NCBI GenBank assembly: GCA_009691445.1
Contig: SICL01000001.1
Span: 65,738-129,737, forward strand
Direction of reading: 5' to 3'
Source of the DNA: Candidatus Taenariivivens baikalensis
GTDB taxonomy: Bacteria > Omnitrophota > Omnitrophia > Omnitrophales > Aquincolibacteriaceae
Length of the DNA: 64,000 bases
The translations under genes were made by a program, and so were the position numbers. A model generated the notes under the pieces. That model searched no databases. It was given only the letters and a program-made list of their open reading frames with translations, and was not told the DNA's origin. Positions 30,680 to 39,840 of the stretch are shown here, in pieces. Positions within the stretch are counted from its first letter, which is position 1. Every line of letters starts with the position of its first letter.

Positions 30680-31956
30680 GAAGCGTGGATCGATCGTAGG
30701 GATTTATCAGCCCACTCAAAAACTTTTTCTTTAAAAAAAATCCCTCGGGCTTGATAATTTTTAAACTGATCAAAACTAGCACAGGCTGGAGAAAGGAGGA
30801 TCTGATCGCCCGCCGCGGCGAGTCCCGCTGCTTGATGAAAAGCTTCCGATAAATCATTCACGGCCATCATAGGACAGGCTCCCTTCCACGCTTCATAAAT
30901 ACGTTCTGCGGATTCCCCAAAAACAAACGCCTGTTTTACTTTTTTTTGAAGCAGTGGTTTCAAAATATCAAAATCGCTCGATTTTGCGCGGCCACCCGCA
31001 AGCAAAATCACCTGTTGATCCGCGTATCGCTCCAGAGCATAAGCCAAGGAAAGGGGCGTGGTGCATTTGGAATCATTGACGAAGGTGACTCCGCGATGAA
31101 CAGCCACTTGCTCCAAACGATGTTCAATGCCTTTGAACTCCGCAATGGTTTTGTCGACGGTGTTTTCAGGAAATTTCAAAAAGCGGGCAAGAATTCGAAG
31201 AACCCTTTCAATCCCTGGAAGATTCTCCTCGCGATCAAATTCTACTGTTTGAGCTTGAAAGTATTGCTGAGGAAAATAGCCTTTCCGGTCCCGGGATTGA
31301 AAAACGGCAAGATCTTCCACGTCTTGATTATGAAAAAGTTTCAGCTTCGACAAAACATACTCCTCCTGGGTACCGTGCCAGTCCAAATGATTCGGACTAA
31401 TATTTAGAAGAATTCCAATCTGCGGGTGAAACTGGCTGCAAGAAAAAAGCTGAAAGGAACTGACTTCGATAACAACAAAATGCTGCGGGGTAATTCTTGC
31501 GAGCTCCCCGATCCATGGATTTCCGATATTCCCACAAGAAATGACAGGTTGGTTATTGTTTTGAAGCCACTCCGTAATGATCGTCGCCGCCGTTGTTTTT
31601 CCAGCAGTTCCAGTTATGGCAATAATCTTTCGCGAGACACAAAAGCGACTGGCCACTTCAATTTCACTTAAAATTGGTTTTTGATAGCGTCCGAGGTCTC
31701 TATAAATGTCAGTGAAAGGCGATATTCCTGGGGAAATCATCACCCAATCAGACAAAAGTATTTTCTCCAAGGAGTGCCGACCAAGTTCGGTTTCAATCCC
31801 CTGGGAATGCAACTGCTGATTAAGCTCCTGAGTTTCAGCGTTACTGCGCATTTCAGAAACAAACACCTCAAATCCGTGCTGTTTAAGAAAAAGGGCAGTC
31901 TGGACACCACTGATTCCCATACCAAGAATCGCTGCCTTTTTACCTAGAGCGATCAT
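30676..31956 (-). CDS. murD: UDP-N-acetylmuramoylalanine--D-glutamate ligase
   Basis: N-terminal Rossmann 'ILGMGISG', Mur ligase 'GTAGKTT'. Confidence 0.9.
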   Translation of the reverse strand: MIALGKKAAILGMGISGVQTALFLKQHGFEVFVSEMRSNAETQELNQQLHSQGIETELGRHSLEKILLSDWVMISPGISPFTDIYRDLGRYQKPILSEIEVASRFCVSRKIIAITGTAGKTTAATIITEWLQNNNQPVISCGNIGNPWIGELARITPQHFVVIEVSSFQLFSCSQFHPQIGILLNISPNHLDWHGTQEEYVLSKLKLFHNQDVEDLAVFQSRDRKGYFPQQYFQAQTVEFDREENLPGIERVLRILARFLKFPENTVDKTIAEFKGIEHRLEQVAVHRGVTFVNDSKCTTPLSLAYALERYADQQVILLAGGRAKSSDFDILKPLLQKKVKQAFVFGESAERIYEAWKGACPMMAVNDLSEAFHQAAGLAAAGDQILLSPACASFDQFKNYQARGIFFKEKVFEWADKSLRSIHAS

Positions 31957-33045
31957 TTAGCGCACCTTCATGGTCGCAAGACCAATCACCGAGAGGATCA
32001 TCGAAATAATCCATAAGCGAATAGTCACTTTAGATTCAGGCCACCCTTTAAGCTGGAGATGATGATGAAAGGGCGACATCAAAAAAACTCTTTTCCCAGT
32101 TAATTTAAAACTAGCCACCTGAATCATCACTGAAAGGGCTTCCCATACAAATATTCCCCCAACAATAATTAGAACAAATTCCTTTTTTATTAGAAGGGCA
32201 ATGGTTCCAAGTGCTGCCCCAAGAGCAAGCGACCCCGTATCTCCCATCATGACTTCAGATGGATAACTATTGAACCACAAAAATCCTGCGCTGGAACCAA
32301 CCAACGCTCCACAAAACACAGCAATCTCTCCCCCTTCGGGAATGAGGGGCAGGGAAAGATAGGTGGCAAAATCAACCCGTCCAACAAAGTAAGCAATTAT
32401 TCCCAGCGATGCCGTGGTAAAAAGCGTACATCCGATTGCAAGACCGTCCAGTCCGTCGGTTAGATTGAGCGCATTCGAAGATCCGGTAAGCACTAAAACG
32501 GTGAAGGGAATGTATAGCCACCCCAAATAAACAAAACTATTTTTTAGAAATGGCAAATAAAGCCATCGATCAAAAGCTGGGTCAAAGAAGAGATAAACTC
32601 CAATAAAAAGCGCCATTCCGACTTGGCCTAATATCTTAGCCTTCGAGCTGATCCCATGCGAACTCTTGGATTTTAACTTGATCCAGTCATCGATGAAGCC
32701 AACTCCGCCGAACCAGATCATCGTCAAAAGAAGCAACCACACATATCGATGGGTTAAATTCCCCCAAAGAAGCATCGAGGACACAACGCTTGAAACAATC
32801 AACAGCCCGCCCATCGTAGGAACATTTTTCTTTCCCGCGTAGAGGTGATGAATTTTTTGGGCATGCTCTCTTTCCGTATGATTCACAATCCTAATCTTCT
32901 TGAGCCATTCAATCAGGGAAGGACCCAGCCACAAACAGAAAAGAAATGACGTGACACTCGCCGCAGCCGCACGAAAAGTGATGTAGCGGAAAAGATTAAA
33001 AAAAATCGAGACATCTTTAAGCGGATATAAAAAATAAAACATCAT
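31957..33045 (-). CDS. mraY: Phospho-N-acetylmuramoyl-pentapeptide transferase
   Basis: 362 aa polytopic; MraY family motifs (NxxNxxDGxDGL). Confidence 0.9.
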   Translation of the reverse strand: MMFYFLYPLKDVSIFFNLFRYITFRAAAASVTSFLFCLWLGPSLIEWLKKIRIVNHTEREHAQKIHHLYAGKKNVPTMGGLLIVSSVVSSMLLWGNLTHRYVWLLLLTMIWFGGVGFIDDWIKLKSKSSHGISSKAKILGQVGMALFIGVYLFFDPAFDRWLYLPFLKNSFVYLGWLYIPFTVLVLTGSSNALNLTDGLDGLAIGCTLFTTASLGIIAYFVGRVDFATYLSLPLIPEGGEIAVFCGALVGSSAGFLWFNSYPSEVMMGDTGSLALGAALGTIALLIKKEFVLIIVGGIFVWEALSVMIQVASFKLTGKRVFLMSPFHHHLQLKGWPESKVTIRLWIISMILSVIGLATMKVR

Positions 33046-33079
33046 CGTCCTCTAGGTCAAGAAAATATGGGAATAAAAC

Positions 33080-34495
33080 CTAAGCCTGGTTGAAGGGCGG
33101 TCCAAACTTCTCCTCAAAGACTCTCAGAACTTTATCCATCGACATTCCCCGGGACGCCTTGAGCAAGATGTCATCGCTTGACTGAACCTGCCCCAGCAAA
33201 AAATCAGCGGCTTGCTCGCGTCCTTGAAAATAAGCCGTGCGCACTTTCCCCTTAAACTCTGAATCCAGAATATCCACGGTTGATTTCGACAAGGGACCAT
33301 ACGCCACAACAACATCAAAGGAATGGCTGCCGATACATCGCCCCAAAACCTCATGGAATTTCTTCTCTTCATCCCCCAATTCCAGCATATCGGCAATGAC
33401 TACAATTTTTCTTCGCCGGTCCGGCATCGCAGCAAAAGCCTCGAGGGAACGACGAAAGGAGCTTGGGCTCGCATTATAACTATCATCAATAACTCTGATG
33501 TCATTTGCGTAAAGACGCTCCTGAAAACGACCCTGCGGCATCTCCAGTCCTTCCCATTTTTCCGGCATTTCACCGATTGGCAATCCCAAAGCCTCCGCAG
33601 CCGCAACCGCCATGGCAGCATTTATGCTGAGGAATGTGGCGATTCCAGGAAAATAAAATTTTCGAGAATGATTGAGCCAAAAAGATATCCATTTTCCCTC
33701 CCGCTGAGCATCAGAAATCTGATAATCGGCCATCATCGAGTATCCAACTGTAATAACCTTCAATCGAAGTTTTTTTGCTCTCGCAATTAAAACATTGTCG
33801 TGTTCCGGCAAAATCATCGCCGCGCCCTGTGCAAGCGCTTGCATCAGCTCACATTTGGCATCGTAAACTCCCCTTAAAGTTCCGAACCCCTTCAAATGAG
33901 CCGGCGCTATTTGTGTGATCATCCCAAGATCGGGCTTTAAAATGGCGCAAAGCTCACGGATATCACCAGAATGATTGGCGCCTAGCTCCGCGACGCAAAA
34001 ACGATGAGCCGTCTGACGGCGAAATAAAGTCATCGGCAGTCCGAGTTGATTATTAAGATTGCCTTCCGTCGAAAGCGTGGGGGATTTATGGCGCAGCAAA
34101 TGCGCTAAAAACTCCTTCGTGCTTGTTTTTCCAACGCTCCCGGTAATCGCAATAGCCTTCATGGATTGGGAATCTCGATACCAGGTCGCAAGCTGGGAAA
34201 ACGCCTGCGACGGTTGTAATACCGGAAGAAGATTTTGAAATACCGTAGGATTGCTTTGAAATTTCAAACGGTGGAGAGAAAAATAATCCTGGTCGATCAG
34301 GGCACCGGACGCCCCCTTCAAAAAAGCGTCTTCTAAGTAATGGTGGCCGTCATCCGAATTGGTTTTGATCGCAACAAAAAGATTGCCGGGTTCGAGTTTG
34401 CGGGTATCAATAGCAGCGCCCTGGATAAGGATAGAGGAATTGCCCATTTGGCATTCCACGCCCAAAACACTACTCGCATCACGAAAAGAAAACAC
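33080..34495 (-). CDS. murF: UDP-MurNAc-tripeptide--D-Ala-D-Ala ligase
   Basis: 'ITGSVGKTSTKE' Mur ligase P-loop; position in cluster. Confidence 0.9.
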   Translation of the reverse strand: MFSFRDASSVLGVECQMGNSSILIQGAAIDTRKLEPGNLFVAIKTNSDDGHHYLEDAFLKGASGALIDQDYFSLHRLKFQSNPTVFQNLLPVLQPSQAFSQLATWYRDSQSMKAIAITGSVGKTSTKEFLAHLLRHKSPTLSTEGNLNNQLGLPMTLFRRQTAHRFCVAELGANHSGDIRELCAILKPDLGMITQIAPAHLKGFGTLRGVYDAKCELMQALAQGAAMILPEHDNVLIARAKKLRLKVITVGYSMMADYQISDAQREGKWISFWLNHSRKFYFPGIATFLSINAAMAVAAAEALGLPIGEMPEKWEGLEMPQGRFQERLYANDIRVIDDSYNASPSSFRRSLEAFAAMPDRRRKIVVIADMLELGDEEKKFHEVLGRCIGSHSFDVVVAYGPLSKSTVDILDSEFKGKVRTAYFQGREQAADFLLGQVQSSDDILLKASRGMSMDKVLRVFEEKFGPPFNQA

Positions 34496-35969
34496 GCTGA
34501 TCCTTCTTTAGACACGATTGGACAACCTTGCGGTCATCAAAGGGGATTTTTACGTCGCCAAGAATTTGATAATCTTCGTGGCCTTTCCCGAGAATGAGGA
34601 TGACATCATCCAATTGAGCAAGAGATAAGACTTTTTGAATCGCTTCACGCCTATCTGAAATGGTATGGATCATAGGACCGGACCCATCAGTCTGCGGTTT
34701 ACCAATCCCCTTCTGAATATCCCGAATAATCACACTGGGATCTTCCGTGCGTGGATTATCGGAAGTCAGTACTAAAATATCGGAATAGTGAGCGGCGATC
34801 TTGCCCATCAAAGGCCGTTTGCCTTTATCTCGGTCACCTCCGCAGCCAAACACTGTAAGGATACGCTTGGGATTTAATCGTCTGGTTTGAGACAAAACAT
34901 TTTCAAACGCATCGGGTGTATGCGCATAATCCACAAAAATCTGATACCCGTCCACCCCTGACACACGCTCCATACGGCCCGGAATTCCTGGAATCTCCTG
35001 CAAGGCACCGCGGAAATCTTCGGGATCATAACCCAAAATATCTAATGCGGCCAAAACCTCAGCCACATTGTAAATATTGTGAGTAAAAGGAAGCCGAATC
35101 TGAAACGGAACTTCGCGTCCCTTGAAGCATAGGCTGAAGCGGCTGCCATGAAAACTGAGATCCACCCCCTTGACCTCATAATCAGCGGCCGCCGTAAGAC
35201 TTAATGTTTTAGCATTAGGATAACTTTTATGAAGTCTCTTCCCATAAGCGCAATCAGTATTAATCAGCATATGTCTGGGGTGAGGCACTTGATCAAAGAA
35301 AAGTTTTTTAGCGCTAAAATAGTCTTCCATGCTCTTATGGTAATCCAGATGATCTTGTGTCAGTTGAGAAAAAATAGCCAGTTCAAAACCTAATCCATAG
35401 ACACGTTTTTGATGCAGCGCATGAGATGAAACCTCCATAATGCAAGTCTTAACTTCTTCCTTGACCATGTCATTTAAAAGAGGAATTAAAACTTCGGGAC
35501 CCGGTGTGGTGTTCGTTGCCGCCAGTTTTTGATGAGGCAGATCGTACCAAAGCGTCCCCAGATACGCGGAGCGGGTATGCTCGCGAATCAGCAAATGCAG
35601 TAAATATGAAATCGTGGTTTTTCCATTAGTTCCCGTCACACCAATCAATTTTATTTTCTGATCGGGATACCTGTAATAGGCTCGGAGGAGCTGAGGCAGA
35701 CATTCATTTGCATTGGCAACTTGAACACCAATAATGGCGGGGGGAATAATCGCCTCAGGAAGATTTTCATAAACAATGACCGAGGCTTTCGCTTGAATGG
35801 CCTGTGAAAGAAAATCGTGGCCATCCATGCGGGCACCACGGCAGGCGACAAAAACATCTCCGGGCTCAATTAGCCTGGAATCTGATGTGATCCTCCCAAC
35901 GTTCAGATTCGGATGCCAATTTCGTTTTTCGAGTATCGGAACATCCTCGAACAGTTGAGTTACTCTCAC
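34479..35969 (-). CDS. murE: UDP-MurNAc-L-Ala-D-Glu--2,6-diaminopimelate (or Lys) ligase
   Basis: 'GVTGTNGKTTISY' and the C-terminal domain. Confidence 0.9.
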   Translation of the reverse strand: MRVTQLFEDVPILEKRNWHPNLNVGRITSDSRLIEPGDVFVACRGARMDGHDFLSQAIQAKASVIVYENLPEAIIPPAIIGVQVANANECLPQLLRAYYRYPDQKIKLIGVTGTNGKTTISYLLHLLIREHTRSAYLGTLWYDLPHQKLAATNTTPGPEVLIPLLNDMVKEEVKTCIMEVSSHALHQKRVYGLGFELAIFSQLTQDHLDYHKSMEDYFSAKKLFFDQVPHPRHMLINTDCAYGKRLHKSYPNAKTLSLTAAADYEVKGVDLSFHGSRFSLCFKGREVPFQIRLPFTHNIYNVAEVLAALDILGYDPEDFRGALQEIPGIPGRMERVSGVDGYQIFVDYAHTPDAFENVLSQTRRLNPKRILTVFGCGGDRDKGKRPLMGKIAAHYSDILVLTSDNPRTEDPSVIIRDIQKGIGKPQTDGSGPMIHTISDRREAIQKVLSLAQLDDVILILGKGHEDYQILGDVKIPFDDRKVVQSCLKKDQRVFFS

Positions 35970-35989
35970 AGCGAGGTCCTCGGCTTAAA

Positions 35990-36439
35990 TTATTTGATTG
36001 AAAAATTAAATGTTGGCGAATGGGCTTCCAGATAACCGATATCGAGAATTTTCTTTTGATCAAAGGTTAAATCGGCCCGTAACTGTGTTAAAGAAACGTT
36101 GCCGCGCCCCTGGATTTTCGCCCAATCTCCCAGCAAATAGATCACAGCATTATCACTTTGAATCTGAATATGCCACTTTCCATGAGTAAGAAAATACGCC
36201 AAATCGTAGCGCAGGTCAAGATCTCCTGAAATAAACTTCACCCTATCTTTCCAGATAAAATTAGCTTGGTTTATTTGAAATCGCGATTGAAACACTGACG
36301 GCACCAAAGCACCCTGCATCTGAAGTCCAATTCGTGTTTGAATATCCTTAAAAACAAGAACTTTGATGCCGAGTGACAGGCTAATTAGAACCAAGATAAA
36401 AAAAAGAAACCCTTCAGCAATTTTTTGACTATTTTTCAT
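35990..36439 (-). CDS. Hypothetical bitopic membrane protein (N-terminal TM, periplasmic domain)
   Basis: 149 aa, single N-terminal TM. Occupies the ftsI/ftsL slot upstream of murE. No PBP motifs. Confidence 0.4.
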   Translation of the reverse strand: MKNSQKIAEGFLFFILVLISLSLGIKVLVFKDIQTRIGLQMQGALVPSVFQSRFQINQANFIWKDRVKFISGDLDLRYDLAYFLTHGKWHIQIQSDNAVIYLLGDWAKIQGRGNVSLTQLRADLTFDQKKILDIGYLEAHSPTFNFSIK

Positions 36440-36644
36440 AGGGCGCGGGAGATGAAGAAGTAATCATCCTTGCTCGATGAGGCTGCGGCACATGCGCTGA
36501 TCGGTCCAGCTCCACATTGAGTCTAGAAATCTCCTGATTGAGAGCATCAATCGTTGCCGCCTGTTTTCTGTTCATTTCCATCAAAGCTCCATCCGACGCA
36601 CACCCTGAATATAGAAAAACCAATAACAAAATTCTCCAGCGCAT
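36429..36644 (-). CDS. Small coiled-coil lipoprotein (Lpp-like or FtsL/FtsB-like)
   Basis: 71 aa; signal/lipobox-like 'LLLVFLYSGC', coiled-coil 'NRKQAATIDALNQEISRLNVELDRS', C-terminal Lys (…PYEK). Confidence 0.4.
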   Translation of the reverse strand: MRWRILLLVFLYSGCASDGALMEMNRKQAATIDALNQEISRLNVELDRSAHVPQPHRARMITSSSPAPYEK

Positions 36645-38194
36645 TAGATAGCCCCCTCAAGTTGTTTTTTTTGATTCCGAATAGCCTTAATCTTTTCCAT
36701 CATATGAAACCGCCGAATAACAGAAAGAAAACAGTCCACCACATGGGGATCAAACTGAGTACCCCGATTGACCTTAATTTCTTCGATTGCTGCTTCAACC
36801 GATAAAGAAACCCGATAGGCGCGGTGCGAGATCATTGCCACCAAGGAATCAATGACCGCGATAATCCTAGCACCGATAGGAATTTCATCCCCCCTCAAGC
36901 CCTGAGGGTATCCCTTTCCATCATATCGTTCCCTGTAGTGAGTAAGAATAGGAATGTAGGGTCGAAGTGACTTCATAGACCTCAGCAAATTAGCACCGCG
37001 AATAGGAATCTGTTTGATCATGTTAAATTCACGTTTAGTGAGCTTGCCTTTTTTCTTCCAAAAAGATCCCGGAGATAGCAGGACTCCCGCATCCAAAAGC
37101 ATCACAGCTCTTTCAAGAATGATGAGATCTTTGGGGGGAAGCGCAAGCTCAAGGCCCACTTCTTTAATCAAATCCACCATTAATGGAAACTCCAAAGGAT
37201 GACGCGAAATATTCGAAGCTAAAAGCTCGCTAATGGCCTTGATGCTTCCTAAGGTAAGCTGTTCGGTCTCTTCGTAAAGCTGAGCATTCTTGATTGCCAC
37301 CACGGTTTGTTCAGAAAGTGATTTTAGGATTTCTAAATCAGTTTTGGTGAACGGCAAGCGGCCAATCTTATCCCAAAGGGCGATCGTCCCCACTACGTCG
37401 TCTTCAATAAAGGGAACGGCGATGGCATTGCGGTTAAAGTGAAACTCCCCGGTTTTAGCAATCCGGCCCGGAATTCCTCGCCCAATCTTGAGCCTGTGTT
37501 TGGGAACCAATCGCGGATGCGGGAGTGTCGAGAAAAAAGGCAATAAATATTCATGTTCTGCATCACAGAGCATAATCGAACACCCCTTCGCTTTAAGAAC
37601 TTGTGTGCTTAAGCGCGCGATTCGGGGCAGGAGTTCATTGAGACGCAGCGAAGTACTAATCACACGATGAACTGAGTGCATCGTCGAAAGCGCCAACGCG
37701 CGCGGGTGAACCGTTTCATAAAAATTGTTCAGTTCAAAGGTGCGGAACGCCAAATCCACTTGCGCAGCGAGAAAAAAATTAAGAGGTTTAATGAAAAATT
37801 CAAATTTTCTCTGTGGTCCGTGAAGAGAAGTTAAAAGTAAAAACCCTTTCAGATTTCCAACGTGGGTTAATGAAAATATAAGACAGTGCCTTCCAAAGGC
37901 ATCCTTAAAAAACAAGGGGAACTTATCAACGTAATTACTATCAAGCGCATAAATCCCACAAAATTTCTTAAGAAAATCTTCAATACTACGCTGATTAGAT
38001 TCAGATGCGGCATAAAAGGAACAATGATCCTTCCGGTCCAGGCGAATAAGTCGATCCTCGGAAAATTCATCAATGAGATATACCCATCCGAGCGAACTGC
38101 CAAATAGCTCATTAAAAGCGCTGTAGCCCTCCTGCCACTCCGGGCTTTTCAGCATAAAGCGTTCTAAGATGGTTTCGCGCTTTCCTGATTTCAT
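36644..38194 (-). CDS. GAF-domain protein with degenerate HD-GYP domain
   Basis: C-terminal 'HYRERYDGKGYPQGL' (HD-GYP signature), but 'LLDAG' stands where the canonical 'LHDIG' is expected. N-terminal GAF-like region. Confidence 0.65.
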   Translation of the reverse strand: MKSGKRETILERFMLKSPEWQEGYSAFNELFGSSLGWVYLIDEFSEDRLIRLDRKDHCSFYAASESNQRSIEDFLKKFCGIYALDSNYVDKFPLFFKDAFGRHCLIFSLTHVGNLKGFLLLTSLHGPQRKFEFFIKPLNFFLAAQVDLAFRTFELNNFYETVHPRALALSTMHSVHRVISTSLRLNELLPRIARLSTQVLKAKGCSIMLCDAEHEYLLPFFSTLPHPRLVPKHRLKIGRGIPGRIAKTGEFHFNRNAIAVPFIEDDVVGTIALWDKIGRLPFTKTDLEILKSLSEQTVVAIKNAQLYEETEQLTLGSIKAISELLASNISRHPLEFPLMVDLIKEVGLELALPPKDLIILERAVMLLDAGVLLSPGSFWKKKGKLTKREFNMIKQIPIRGANLLRSMKSLRPYIPILTHYRERYDGKGYPQGLRGDEIPIGARIIAVIDSLVAMISHRAYRVSLSVEAAIEEIKVNRGTQFDPHVVDCFLSVIRRFHMMEKIKAIRNQKKQLEGAI

Positions 38195-38197
38195 GAA

Positions 38198-39334
38198 TTA
38201 CACTCTCTCATAAGGTTCAAAAAAACGCTTATATTCATCCAAGGCAAACCGATCCGTCATCCCGGCGAGATAGTCACAAATGGCACGGTGCACTCCTTCT
38301 TTTTTCGCCCGCACCTGGACCTCGGGCGGAAGCTGTGCAGGCTTCTGCAGGTAGACATGAAAAAGCTCCTTAAGAAATCGTTGTCCCTTATCCGTCATCC
38401 GGATAACCCTGTAATGTTGATACAACTCCTGAAAAAGAAATCGTTTTAATTCCACGACGTGTTTTTTCATTTCTGGAGAATAGCCGATGAGAGAACTGCG
38501 AAGTTTTTGAACATCCTCTCGTGTTTTTATTTTTGATTTTTCAATCTGCTTTTGGGAATGAGCAACCACATCCGTCACCAAACGATTCACAATGAGACGT
38601 ATGGCCATCCTTTTTCGCTGATTCAGTGTCATTTTTTTATGACTTTTTTCGATGTACTGAATGGCATCTTTCCATAGAAAAATACCCGCGGCCTGCTCTT
38701 CGTCAATCAGTGCGGATCGTAATCCATCATCAAGGTCGTGACTCGAGTATGCAATTTCATCTGCCACATCCACAAGATCTGCCTCAAGCGATCTGAATCG
38801 CTTTTTTTTATCCGCATAAAAATGCTCGGGATGCTTCTTAAGCCCCTCAATCGTCTCATAGGTCAAATTGAGCCCTGGAAAATCAGAGAAACTTTCCTCC
38901 AAATGTTCCACAATCCTTATGCACTGGGTGTTATGTTCAAACCCCCCGTGATCCTTCATGAGGTCCTGAAGCGCCCATTCTCCCGCATGACCGAAAGGCC
39001 CGTGACCCATGTCATGAGCCAAGGCAATCACTTCCACCAAGTCCTCATTCAGAGAAAGTGTGCGGCTGATGGTTCTCGCGATTTGGGAAGTTTCCAGGGA
39101 ATGGGTTAATCGGGTACGATAATGATCCCCTTCATGATTGACAAAAACCTGCGTTTTATATTCCAGCCGACGAAAAGCCGTTGAGTGAATTATTCTGTCA
39201 CGATCCCGCTGATAGGGCGTACGAAGATCATGTTCCTTTTCTGGATATTTTCTCCCTTGACTCTGGGAACTCCAGATCGCGTAAGAAGCGAGACACTTCT
39301 CTTCCACATTTTGAAAATCTTCGCGACTACGCAT
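38198..39334 (-). CDS. dgt: dGTP triphosphohydrolase-like HD-domain protein
   Basis: 'RTRLTHSLE' and 'ALAHDMGHGPFGH' HD motifs; 378 aa. Confidence 0.85.
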   Translation of the reverse strand: MRSREDFQNVEEKCLASYAIWSSQSQGRKYPEKEHDLRTPYQRDRDRIIHSTAFRRLEYKTQVFVNHEGDHYRTRLTHSLETSQIARTISRTLSLNEDLVEVIALAHDMGHGPFGHAGEWALQDLMKDHGGFEHNTQCIRIVEHLEESFSDFPGLNLTYETIEGLKKHPEHFYADKKKRFRSLEADLVDVADEIAYSSHDLDDGLRSALIDEEQAAGIFLWKDAIQYIEKSHKKMTLNQRKRMAIRLIVNRLVTDVVAHSQKQIEKSKIKTREDVQKLRSSLIGYSPEMKKHVVELKRFLFQELYQHYRVIRMTDKGQRFLKELFHVYLQKPAQLPPEVQVRAKKEGVHRAICDYLAGMTDRFALDEYKRFFEPYERV

Positions 39335-39336
39335 AG

Positions 39337-39840
39337 TTATTTTTTCGTTTTTCCTGAATTTAAATAGATGCGCAGCGTTTCATAAGCGGACTGTAACGAC
39401 TCAGAAATAACCTTTGCTCCTGCGAGGACTGGCATAAAATTATGATCCCCAGCCCAGCGGGGAACAATGTGCAAATGGAGATGGTCTGGAATCCCGGCGC
39501 CCGCGGCAGCTCCCAAGTTAAGCCCCACATTAAAACCCTGCGCGTTCATCTGATTTTTTAGGGCATCAATCACGTCAGTTGTAAGTGCCAGCCAGTCCAG
39601 TTTTTCTTCCGCAGAAAGCTGTGCGATCGAATTCACATGACGGTTGGGAACAATGAGCACATGCCCATTGTTATACGGATACAGATTAAGAATAGCAAAG
39701 CAGGAAGGATTATGCCTAAGGACCAGATTTTTTGCATTTTGACGGTTTCCCTGAACACGACAAAAAAGACAGCCTCGGGATGCTGATGGCTTTTTAGGCC
39801 GAATATACGCTTTGCGCCAAGGCGCCCACAAACGTTTCAT
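39337..39840 (-). CDS. HIT family hydrolase
   Basis: Histidine triad 'HLHLHIVPR'. Confidence 0.8.
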   Translation of the reverse strand: MKRLWAPWRKAYIRPKKPSASRGCLFCRVQGNRQNAKNLVLRHNPSCFAILNLYPYNNGHVLIVPNRHVNSIAQLSAEEKLDWLALTTDVIDALKNQMNAQGFNVGLNLGAAAGAGIPDHLHLHIVPRWAGDHNFMPVLAGAKVISESLQSAYETLRIYLNSGKTKK

